DNA from: Bacteroidia bacterium
Lineage (GTDB): Bacteria > Bacteroidota > Bacteroidia > CAILMK01 > JBBDIG01
Direction of reading: 5' to 3'
Assembly: GCA_040880525.1 (NCBI GenBank)
Contig: JBBDIG010000055.1
Location: 1,402-65,401 of the forward strand
DNA length: 64,000 nucleotides
Positions 55,895 through 64,000 of this stretch are shown here, one piece after another (positions within the stretch are counted from its first letter, which is position 1; each line of letters opens with the position of its first letter). The translations under genes and the position numbers were made by a program. The notes under the pieces were generated by a model, which made no database searches, had not been told where the DNA came from, and saw nothing but the letters and a program-made list of their open reading frames with translations.

Positions 55895-57730
55895 ATGGGT
55901 AATAAAAAGCAATCTTCATCACTGCCAAAGCCCGAAAGCTGGGGTACACGCATAGGTTTAATACTGGCAATGGCGGGCAATGCCGTAGGCCTGGGAAACT
56001 TTCTCCGTTTCCCGGTGCAGGCCGTTGAGAATGGCGGAGGCGCCTTTATTATTCCCTACCTCGTCTGTTTCCTGCTTATGGGCATTCCGCTGCTGTGGAT
56101 TGAATGGACGATGGGACGTTATGGCGGCAAATTCGGCAATCATTCCACGCCCTTTATCCTGGACGAAATGACCAAGCGAAAGTTCTGGAAGTACTTTGGG
56201 GTATTTGGAATCTTTACCAACATAGCTGTAGCTTCATATTATTGCTACATCGAAAGCTGGACGATGAGCTATGTATACCACAGCCTGGTGCAGACTTTTG
56301 ATGGAATGACCCAGGGGCAGGTGGCCGCATTCTTTGACAACTATATAGACGTTTCCAACTCCACCACCGGCATTCCGTATGAAGCTGTGATCTTCTATAT
56401 TATTTGCCTCTCATTAAACATTTACATTCTCTCACGGGGACTGCAAAAAGGCGTTGAAAAAGCCGCAATGATAGGTATGCCGCTGCTGATCCTTTTTGGG
56501 ATAATACTGGCCATCCGTGGAATTACACTGGGCGACTCAGGTGCTCCGGCCGGCTGCACCGACTGCAACGCTGCCCTGGGCCTCAACTTCCTCTGGGAGC
56601 CGCAGTTTTCCAGCCTGGCAGATCCGAAGGTGTGGCTGGCAGCGGCAGGGCAAATCTTTTTCACCCTCTCCGTTGGGATGGGCACAATCCAGTGTTATGC
56701 CGCCTATGTGCGCAGCAAGGATGATATTGCCCTCAATGCCATGTCGGCCGGGTGGATGAATGGCTTTGTGGAGGTTGTATTGGGCGCATCCATTGTAATA
56801 CCCATTGCTGCCGGGTATTTGGGATTGCAGTGGGTGCAGGAAAATGCTGGGTTTGCAATGGCCTTCCAGACTATGCCCTTTCTATTTATGCAATGGGGCG
56901 ACCTCTTCGGTACGCTGGCTGGCGTCTTTTGGTTCGGGTTGCTCTTTTTCGCAGGCATTACTTCTTCCCTCGCTATGGGCACGCCCTGGATGGGTTTTAT
57001 GCGCGATGAATTTAAGTGGACAAACAACCGCTCCGCGATCTCCTTTGGATTCCTCACCCTGGCAATGGGCCTGCCTTGCATATTTTTTTACAACGAAGGG
57101 GTTTTTGGCGAATATGATTATTGGGCCGGCACCGTATCGCTCGTGGTATTTGCCCTGGCCGAAACCATCATTTTTTCCTGGATATTTGGCATAAACAATA
57201 GCTGGCGGGAATTAAATGAAGGTGCAGATATTATTATTCCCAGGGCTTATAAGGCTATTATGACCACCATCACCCCGCTGTTGCTGCTTATTATATTTGC
57301 CTTTTCACTGGCCACACCCGCAGGGAATGACTGGGGCAAAGCCTGGAACGAGGGATATGAACTGGATGAGGGAAGCATAATAGGCAGGATTATGCATAAA
57401 GGCGTAACAGCCAACCGCGCCTACTTTAGCGATCATTTCGAATCGGAAGTGGCCGGGATCGCCATCATTGTCACTGAAAACGAAGTTGTCATCTCCGCAA
57501 GCCAGGCGGCAGGTTCGCCCATCCTGAAAACTTACAGCTTTGGAGAAAAGAAAACAATGCTGATACGAGAAGGACAGCTACTGGAAGTAGGTACCCCGAT
57601 AGCTGAGGGCACATTTATAAACAATATTTTTTATGTGGACATGAGCCGGTTCCTAATGATGTCACTGTTTATTTTCCTCTGCATTCTTGTGTTCCGCGCC
57701 TCCCAACTCCGAGAAAAACGAAAACTATGA
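55895..57730 (+). CDS. Sodium-dependent transporter, NSS/SNF family
   Basis: AGNAVGLGNFLRFP, GGGAFIIPY, AAAGQIFFTLSVG; start moved to ATG 55895. Confidence 0.95.
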   Translation: MGNKKQSSSLPKPESWGTRIGLILAMAGNAVGLGNFLRFPVQAVENGGGAFIIPYLVCFLLMGIPLLWIEWTMGRYGGKFGNHSTPFILDEMTKRKFWKYFGVFGIFTNIAVASYYCYIESWTMSYVYHSLVQTFDGMTQGQVAAFFDNYIDVSNSTTGIPYEAVIFYIICLSLNIYILSRGLQKGVEKAAMIGMPLLILFGIILAIRGITLGDSGAPAGCTDCNAALGLNFLWEPQFSSLADPKVWLAAAGQIFFTLSVGMGTIQCYAAYVRSKDDIALNAMSAGWMNGFVEVVLGASIVIPIAAGYLGLQWVQENAGFAMAFQTMPFLFMQWGDLFGTLAGVFWFGLLFFAGITSSLAMGTPWMGFMRDEFKWTNNRSAISFGFLTLAMGLPCIFFYNEGVFGEYDYWAGTVSLVVFALAETIIFSWIFGINNSWRELNEGADIIIPRAYKAIMTTITPLLLLIIFAFSLATPAGNDWGKAWNEGYELDEGSIIGRIMHKGVTANRAYFSDHFESEVAGIAIIVTENEVVISASQAAGSPILKTYSFGEKKTMLIREGQLLEVGTPIAEGTFINNIFYVDMSRFLMMSLFIFLCILVFRASQLREKRKL

Positions 57731-57828
57731 CCACAGAAGCACTAGTAATGATGATTACCGTTCAGGTAATTGTAACTGCCATCACCGGATATTTCTTTTA
57801 CCTGGTATTGCGGGATAAGAGGAAGTAA
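57727..57828 (+). CDS. Small 33-aa membrane protein, MetS-like NSS small subunit (missed by the ORF track)
   Basis: MTTEALVMMITVQVIVTAITGYFFYLVLRDKRK*; ATGA overlap with the transporter stop. Confidence 0.7.
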   Translation: MTTEALVMMITVQVIVTAITGYFFYLVLRDKRK

Positions 57829-57922
57829 AGGCAGCCTGGTGGATTTTTGGCACCGTCAAATTTAATAGTTGTAATACCTTTATTTAGCGATTCAGCCTGC
57901 TTTAGCTATAGCCGATGTTCTG

Positions 57923-58016
57923 TTAAATAACCTGCTTATTTTTTTGTTTCTCAACTTCAATCGTAATGAACTCCGGCAAATAGTTGGGCGTAGATCCTTT
58001 TGCTACCTTTTCACCT
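57923..58016 (-). repeat. Diverged duplicate of the 3' tail of the DNA alkylation repair gene
   Basis: Matches 60527-60622; encodes GEKVAKGSTPNYLPEFITIEVEKQKK*. Confidence 0.85.
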
Positions 58017-58111
58017 TAAATAAACTTAATGCAAATGGACATAGAAGCAAATCCGGCAGAAAGGAAGTGTGTACAAGAGTTTATCTTACTGTTTCCCTAC
58101 AGTAGTATAAC

Positions 58112-58155
58112 AGGCGCTACAGTGGGCTTAATGGCTCACCTGCCCTCTACCCGAC
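58112..58155 (+). mobile_element. Putative group II intron 3' tail (domain VI only)
   Basis: AGGCGCTACAGTGGGCTTAATGGCTCACCTGCCCTCTACCCGAC: GTGGGC/GCTCAC stem and terminal CTACCCGAC, 14 nt from the antiporter stop on the opposite strand. Confidence 0.5.
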
Positions 58156-58169
58156 TGAGTGTCCGGGGT

Positions 58170-60317
58170 TTATTTTCTTTTGAATATTTTCGCAATCGTT
58201 TTTCCAATTTCGTCAAGTTTTTCCAGCGGTTCAATAAATGTCGGATTTATCAAGTCGATTTGTGAGGTGTCCGTTACACCTGCCTGCATTGGGTATATCA
58301 AAATATAACTCGTGTCTTTGAAATATTTATTAAGATACGAAGGTATTTTAGCCATATTACTGTGGTAGGAAGGCTTGTCTTTTCTACTTAGGACAATTAT
58401 TAAATTGTCGTCTTTGCTAAAATCTCTTGCCAATATTAAGAAGTCGTCCCAATCGTTGAATTCTTCAAAATCACATTCTATCGGGTGTTTGGATTGAATT
58501 TCCTGAATGAATTTCAAAGTTTCGTTGTTGGCATAAAACCGAAGTTTTGCGCCTGAATTCCTTGCTATGTTCCAAACCTTAATTAACCAAAAGGGAAACC
58601 CAATTTCTTTTTCTGCATTCTCCGGAACAATTATTATGTGTCTTTTGACCGTTGCGAAAGGTTGGGCAGGTTTATAAATTAGGGTTGTGGTGTTGCATTT
58701 TGTCAGGATACCTTCGGTTAAGTTACCTAAAAAGCTGTCCGATATACCTTTCTTGATGTGAAGCCCCAAAATCAAGTCAGATATTTTGTTCTCCTTAACT
58801 ACACTTGTAATTCCATTTACAATATTCAAGTCATAGCGAAGTAATTCGTGTACCAAATTGTCAGTTGCTGACGCGGTTACTGCTGCTTTGTTTAATATTT
58901 TTTTGGCTCGTTTGTCAGCCGAAACGTCCACTGTACTATTATCAACGATACACAGGGCATAGAGTCCGTCTTTATTTTTCTTTGATTTGATCGTTACGCC
59001 TAAATTTATTAATTCGTCTGTCGTCTCAATATTACTAATAGGGATGAGGATTTTCTCTTGATTTTCATCTTCATCAGATGTAGTGTCACCTGCTTCGGAT
59101 AATGCAATATTTTGAGCACCTTTTTGAGCAACAAACGAAGCAATGGTGCAAGTGAAGAGAATCATCAGAATAGTTCCGTTTAAAATGCTCTCACTTAGCA
59201 ACCGGATTGGCGCTCCTGTTTCGGTTTCTCCAATGATGATATTATAACCAACTAAAACGGCTGCCAGCGTAGCGGCTGCCTGTGCGTTACTTAGCCCAAA
59301 AATCAATCTCCGCTCGTCAACCGAAAATTTATAGGTTTTTTGAGTTATCCAGGCAGCCAGGAACTTGGCAGTTGTAGCCACCACAATCATTACGGATGCG
59401 ACTTTAATGGTTTCCATGTCCTTGAAAAATGCGCGATAATCTATCAGCATCCCTACACCGATAAGAAAGAAAGGAATAAAGATGGCGTTCCCAACAAATT
59501 CAATTCTATTCATTAAGGGGGAAGTTTGCGGTATCAGTCTGTTAAGTGCTAATCCCGCCAGGAAAGCTCCAATAATTGCTTCAATTCCTGCCATTTCGGC
59601 AAGGACAGCTCCAAGAAAAACCATTACTAATACGAAAATGTATTGAGAAACATTGTCATCAAACCGCTTTAAAAACCAACGCCCGATAATTGGGAAAAGC
59701 AGCATTACAATAAGTCCGAAAACGAGGATGGATATGGACAACCTTATCCAAAATTCAGTATTGACTTCACCCGTGGTCATTCCTACAATTACGGCAAGAA
59801 CCAAAAGGGCTAATGTGTCGGTAATCATAGTTCCCCCAACTGTGATATTTACAGCTTTATTTTTTGCTACGCCTAACTTGCTGATCAGCGGATATGCTAT
59901 TAATGTATGAGAGGCGAACATACTCGCCAATAGAATGGAGGTTGGCATTGAAAAATCTAATATATAAAGCCCTGATAATATTCCTAAAGTCATGGGTATG
60001 ATAAAAGTATATAAACCAAAAACCAAACTTTTTTTACTGTTCTTCTTGAAGTCGGCCAGGTCAATTTCCAGACCTGCAAGGAACATTATATATAAAAGCC
60101 CTGCGGTCCCTGAGAGTATGATACTGCTGTCCCTTACAATAAGGTTAAATCCATTTGGGCCAATTACTGCACCTGCTATGATGAGTCCGAGAAGGTGAGG
60201 GATTTTAATTTTGTTTAGGATAATTGGGGCAAACAGAATAATCACCAATATCAAAAGGAATTTTAATACTGGATTGGCCAGAGGTAATGTAGTCTCAAAA
60301 ATATTCAATAATATCAA
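58170..60317 (-). CDS. Cation:proton antiporter (CPA2) with C-terminal USP-like domains
   Basis: Multiple TM helices, GILYIMF-type LYIMFLAGLEID, SHTLIAYP, AFLAGL, GLSNAQAAATLA; soluble C-terminus. Confidence 0.92.
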   Translation of the reverse strand: MILLNIFETTLPLANPVLKFLLILVIILFAPIILNKIKIPHLLGLIIAGAVIGPNGFNLIVRDSSIILSGTAGLLYIMFLAGLEIDLADFKKNSKKSLVFGLYTFIIPMTLGILSGLYILDFSMPTSILLASMFASHTLIAYPLISKLGVAKNKAVNITVGGTMITDTLALLVLAVIVGMTTGEVNTEFWIRLSISILVFGLIVMLLFPIIGRWFLKRFDDNVSQYIFVLVMVFLGAVLAEMAGIEAIIGAFLAGLALNRLIPQTSPLMNRIEFVGNAIFIPFFLIGVGMLIDYRAFFKDMETIKVASVMIVVATTAKFLAAWITQKTYKFSVDERRLIFGLSNAQAAATLAAVLVGYNIIIGETETGAPIRLLSESILNGTILMILFTCTIASFVAQKGAQNIALSEAGDTTSDEDENQEKILIPISNIETTDELINLGVTIKSKKNKDGLYALCIVDNSTVDVSADKRAKKILNKAAVTASATDNLVHELLRYDLNIVNGITSVVKENKISDLILGLHIKKGISDSFLGNLTEGILTKCNTTTLIYKPAQPFATVKRHIIIVPENAEKEIGFPFWLIKVWNIARNSGAKLRFYANNETLKFIQEIQSKHPIECDFEEFNDWDDFLILARDFSKDDNLIIVLSRKDKPSYHSNMAKIPSYLNKYFKDTSYILIYPMQAGVTDTSQIDLINPTFIEPLEKLDEIGKTIAKIFKRK

Positions 60318-60543
60318 TCCTTCTCGTTTTGGTTGTTACTGTGTCGGATTGCATAACCTAGCACAACTATTGGCTAACGCAATTGCGTTTATTTCCACTT
60401 TACCTGTACCTGGCATTCCTCCTAGCTTTCGCTGCCAAAAGTAGGTAAAATCCTATTAGTGCTCCCGATTGTCCAGGGGTATTTTTATTCGTGAGGCAAA
60501 ATGCCGGATCCGTAATTTATTCAGAATTAAATAACCTGCTTAC

Positions 60544-61200
60544 TTATTTTCGTTTCTCAACTTCAATCGCAATAAATTCCGGTAAATAGTTGGGCGTACA
60601 TCCTTTTGCTACCTTTTCACCTTTGTAGAGACCCACTTTCTCACCAAGTTTAATACAGCGTTTACGATTCTTTTCATCGTAAACGCCTATCCAGCCTGCG
60701 GTGAAATTCATGGCCCATTGAACTTCCGGTTCTTCCTGCGTAATATTAGCTTCTATTGCAGATAGCAGGGCTGCCGTATTATCAGGCGGTGTTTGTCCGG
60801 TCCATCTCAATCGCGCCTGATAATACCAAAATGTTCTCCTTTGAAGCGCAGAAGGACTCTTTTCCCACGATTCCATCAATGCAATTTTCTCTTTGTCTTT
60901 AGCGAGCTGATTGGCCATTAACCAATCCATCAGGTTATTTCGCTCAGCAGAAGGGTGAGTCTGCATATCCTTATCAAGATTATAGAGCACATCTTTAGAG
61001 AGAAGTTTCTTGTCCATAATTAAGGTTGCCAATAACCTGGGCAAAAACGCTCCTGTCGACCAAAGCTCCATAGCCAGTTCGTGATCTTTTTTAATGTCCT
61101 TCGCGATTTTTCGCAAGTCGCCCATCTTAGTTTTACTATTGATCTGACGAAGAATCTTTTCTGCTTTTGAAGAGCGTTTCATCTGTATTTTTATTTTCAT
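60544..61200 (-). CDS. DNA alkylation repair protein family (HEAT/ARM-like)
   Basis: MGDLRKIAKDIKKDHELAMELW, VQWAMN, GCTPNYLPEFI. Confidence 0.85.
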   Translation of the reverse strand: MKIKIQMKRSSKAEKILRQINSKTKMGDLRKIAKDIKKDHELAMELWSTGAFLPRLLATLIMDKKLLSKDVLYNLDKDMQTHPSAERNNLMDWLMANQLAKDKEKIALMESWEKSPSALQRRTFWYYQARLRWTGQTPPDNTAALLSAIEANITQEEPEVQWAMNFTAGWIGVYDEKNRKRCIKLGEKVGLYKGEKVAKGCTPNYLPEFIAIEVEKRK

Positions 61201-61302
61201 TAATTCACAAAACGTTCACAGCTAAAGTATGTGCGGCTTTTCGGAGCACTTTCCTGGGGCAACCAACTCAATTAGCGGGTCGTAGCTTTTTTATTCTTAC
61301 CC

Positions 61303-61734
61303 TCAACAAGCACCTTCGTGATTTTCATTTATGTATTTGATGGTCTCTTTACTAAGTTTTTCCAATGTGTCAAGGTTGAGGTCAGTCAACTTTTTGAAAT
61401 AAATGCAAGCTTTGCCCATTTTGTATTTGCCCAATTTGTCAAGTAGTTCTTTATTGTCGTTGCCTGAAGCAGAAACATATAGAGAGAACTCAGCCTTTCT
61501 AGGTGAAAAGCCAATAAGGGGTGCATCCCCTTCATGGCCACTGGCATATTTATAGTGATAACTTCCAAAGCCAATAATTGTCGGGCCCCACATTTTAGGT
61601 TCAAAGCCTGACCATTCCCGCATAAGTTCAATGAGACGAAAGCTGTCTTGTTTCTTTTCTTCTTTGTCAACAAATGAGTTTATAAAATCAATAACGTTGA
61701 CGTCTGTTTCTGTTGTCTTGTTTTTTATAGCCAT
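61303..61734 (-). CDS. DUF1801 domain protein
   Basis: EPKMWGPTIIGFGSYHYKYASGHEGD...GFSPRKA...GKACIYFKKL. Confidence 0.92.
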   Translation of the reverse strand: MAIKNKTTETDVNVIDFINSFVDKEEKKQDSFRLIELMREWSGFEPKMWGPTIIGFGSYHYKYASGHEGDAPLIGFSPRKAEFSLYVSASGNDNKELLDKLGKYKMGKACIYFKKLTDLNLDTLEKLSKETIKYINENHEGAC

Positions 61735-61738
61735 AGCT

Positions 61739-63373
61739 TTATGTCAATAATATTTTCCCTGGCTGGTCCAACCCACATTGTTCCAGGAACTCATTGTTGA
61801 AAACCGCTTGTGCGCTGGCCGAAAGTAGCTGGTTGCGGTGCCCCAGCCATTTGTCAACGGCATCCCCGTATATTCTGCGCACCCGTTCTTTGTTTAGGAC
61901 ATTGTTATTCTTGCCCCAATGGACGGTATAAGAAATGTTGTGTGCTTCAAGGACATCCACCAGTTTTTCTGAGAAGTTGTAGTTGACCTTGGCGTCAACA
62001 CCATCCATTTCAAGGACACAACTGTTTTCAAAGCGGGTGAAGCCCAGCGTGGCTTTGTTGCCTTTCACAAAACGCATGGCCATTACACCCGCAAAGGGAA
62101 TATTGCGGTTATTGCCCAGGACAATATCAATGACTTTGGGCATGTCCTTCCGGTCAAATGCGAATGCGCCACTGTATAGCTTGCCGCGGAAAATGGTATT
62201 GCGGAATGTTTCGCCCACCGTCCCGATCGCTTTTTCCGGCCGGTTATAGGCCAGGTTGAACAAGGTATTTACCGCGTTTGGAATAACCAGACCGTCCAGC
62301 ATGTTGCCCGGAAGTACTTCTACTTGGTCCAATACTTTTTGAATAAGCCCAAGCACATCATCACCATAAGTGTAACCTTGTGTTTGGGGTTCAATGCGCT
62401 CGTAGTCTTCACGATAGGGTTCTTTGTACATTACCCTGAAATAGACACCTTTGTCAGGGTTGTTTTTTTCGAAGTTGTGCGGATTGATGGCAAGTTCAAA
62501 ATGGTAAAGCTTTTCATTGGCTACGGCCAAAGGATAATTGAGGACATGTGCCAGGCCGGAAAAATCGTAATCGGTGATGGCTTTCTCCAGATTACCGTCA
62601 TAGGCGATCTGCGTGAGTTGCTGTTCCAGCAGAAACTTGGGCTCAACCTCGATCAGCACGCTGTGGATGAAGCCAAAGCTGCCGAAGCTGATAAGGGCAG
62701 AATTAAAGATATCGTCATCCAGGATGACTTCAGCTTTTATCCATTCCTGAAATTTTGCGGAAGTAACGGGTCGCGAGGCCCGTTCGATCCATACATGCCT
62801 GTCGGGCCCCGTCACGATGTGCATGCCAAGCACAAATTCCGAAAGGGAGCCAAATTTAAAGGCGGCCCCATGGGTATTCGTTGAAAGGGCGCCAACAATG
62901 GTCTGGCCGTTGCTGCCGCCCGATGCCCTGAGCGATTTAGGAGGATTCCTTTCCTGTTCCAACAATTCGTTTATGGAAATCATGGAATTGCCACATTGGG
63001 CGAAAAGCAGGTTGAAGGGGTCGCCAGAATTCAGATATTCCTCCGACAATTGTGAAGACCCAAGGCTTGCTTTTAGCCGGAGCTTTTTGGTATTAACGAT
63101 GCCATCCGGGCAAACGGCTACTTTGCTCAGCGACCAGCCACTTCCCATGGGTCGAAGGCGGAGGTTGTTGTCAATAGCGTGCTGGATGAGCCATTGGAAA
63201 TTTTCTGTGGTCTGGTTATACTTGTCCTTAAACGAGGGGTATTGCCGTTCAAATCCGGGATCAGAAACCGTGAGGTCAAAGGATGCTCCGGGCTTGAGTG
63301 CCTGGGTGAAATTTCCGTGGGCGTTTGTAAAGCTCGTGATATCAAGAGGTTTGATTCCAAGGGGTAAGTTCAT
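61739..63373 (-). CDS. FAD-binding oxidoreductase, aldonolactone oxidase (ALO/GULO)-like
   Basis: PCMH FAD domain RPMGSGWS, QTIVGALSTNTHG, SFGSFGFI, C-terminal VHWGK; ATG 63373 preferred over TTG 63391. Confidence 0.8.
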   Translation of the reverse strand: MNLPLGIKPLDITSFTNAHGNFTQALKPGASFDLTVSDPGFERQYPSFKDKYNQTTENFQWLIQHAIDNNLRLRPMGSGWSLSKVAVCPDGIVNTKKLRLKASLGSSQLSEEYLNSGDPFNLLFAQCGNSMISINELLEQERNPPKSLRASGGSNGQTIVGALSTNTHGAAFKFGSLSEFVLGMHIVTGPDRHVWIERASRPVTSAKFQEWIKAEVILDDDIFNSALISFGSFGFIHSVLIEVEPKFLLEQQLTQIAYDGNLEKAITDYDFSGLAHVLNYPLAVANEKLYHFELAINPHNFEKNNPDKGVYFRVMYKEPYREDYERIEPQTQGYTYGDDVLGLIQKVLDQVEVLPGNMLDGLVIPNAVNTLFNLAYNRPEKAIGTVGETFRNTIFRGKLYSGAFAFDRKDMPKVIDIVLGNNRNIPFAGVMAMRFVKGNKATLGFTRFENSCVLEMDGVDAKVNYNFSEKLVDVLEAHNISYTVHWGKNNNVLNKERVRRIYGDAVDKWLGHRNQLLSASAQAVFNNEFLEQCGLDQPGKILLT

Positions 63374-63387
63374 GGCTTGTTTTTTTG

Positions 63388-63705
63388 TCAATCCAAATGT
63401 TCTTCATCAACCTGAGATGGGCAACAATCCCAAACTACTTTTTGTGGCACTACAATACCTACGGTTATTGCTGAGACCATGATGTAGCCGATATTGGTTT
63501 TTACCTGCACCATACATATAGATTTCGATTCGCATCCGGCCGGAATATCGTTGGGCTGCAGTATTCCCCAAAGGTAAATCACACGCGTTTTCTCAGAGGG
63601 CACAATATTGTCGGTGTCATAGTTGGCGACCACTTTCATTGTCATGCATCCTGAAAGCATGACCAAAAGAGTCAAAACCAAACTGGCGTTTCTAATGCTG
63701 TTCAT
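63388..63705 (-). CDS. Bor/Iss-family small lipoprotein
   Basis: Lipobox LSGC, YLWG, MVSAITVGIVVPQKV...C. Confidence 0.65.
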   Translation of the reverse strand: MNSIRNASLVLTLLVMLSGCMTMKVVANYDTDNIVPSEKTRVIYLWGILQPNDIPAGCESKSICMVQVKTNIGYIMVSAITVGIVVPQKVVWDCCPSQVDEEHLD

Positions 63706-63867
63706 GGTAGTAGGTTTAAGCGTTCAATAAAGGTATCGAAATTTCCGGCTGTAAGTTAAAGAATTCTATCGCAGGGAGTTTATAGGGTGCCGAAGAAAAG
63801 TACGGGTTTCACTGCATGAGCTTCTATTGTCATTTATATTATTCCTTTTAAAATCGCAGCAGCATGG

Positions 63868-63883
63868 GGCACGCGTCACGCTC
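63868..63883. repeat. REP-like palindrome, short copy 3
   Basis: Reverse complement GAGCGT-g-ACGCGTGCC, same arms as 4633-4661. Confidence 0.45.
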
Positions 63884-63904
63884 ATACAATGTTATGTCCA
63901 GTGG

Positions 63905-64000
63905 TTATTCCAATTTAAAGTCTGTTAATTCATAATTGCCGTTTCGCCCTCCTTCGTCTGTTTGTTGTAAGATACCTTTTTCCACCAAGTCTTTTATATC
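63905..64000 (-). CDS. C-terminal end of a probable Fic family protein (partial, runs off the right edge)
   Basis: DIKDLVEKGILQQTDEGGRNGNYELTDFKLE*, a wHTH-type tail typical of Fic/DUF4172 proteins. Confidence 0.6.
   Translation of the reverse strand, partial: DIKDLVEKGILQQTDEGGRNGNYELTDFKLE

Noticed and set aside
57923-60622. Diversity-generating retroelement TR/VR pair
   Set aside because: Differences are not adenine-specific on either strand, and no RT is nearby
1-64000. Integron integrase, intact transposase, reverse transcriptase, tRNA or rRNA
   Set aside because: No ORF with tyrosine recombinase, DDE, intact HUH or RT motifs, and no cloverleaf or rRNA-like segment recognised by eye

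Overview
64-kb Bacteroidota chromosomal segment, judged from TAnnTTTG promoter boxes, T9SS-sorted proteins and the Bat operon. The core (about 4.9-48.9 kb) holds the moxR-DUF58-batABCDE operon, era, panB, dnaK, an Aquifex-type aconitase, recF, EamA/DUF3365/GH3 genes, several T9SS substrates including a 2911-aa protein with 13 repeated modules, a frameshifted TlpA, a solo Mrr and an ECF sigma locus. Both ends (1-3.6 kb and 49-64 kb) are patchworks of single accessory genes and gene debris (AbiE toxin-antitoxin, DCL/DUF3223-HNH-like protein, RAYT, PIN, methyltransferase and FAD-oxidase fragments, DUF1801 x2, DinB, SRPBCC, antiporter, Fic). These are separated by attC-like boxes and REP-like hairpins. 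The most notable pattern is group IIC-like intron sequence: one 5' end and two to three 3' remnants. The 3' remnants lie antisense to the adjacent gene at the GT|T position of an attC-like R'' box, and the 5' end follows an exon ending in GT. This suggests an integrase-less cassette system repeatedly hit by attC-targeting introns. No integrase, reverse transcriptase, tRNA, rRNA or CRISPR array was recognised. All family calls come from motif recognition by eye, not from database searches.
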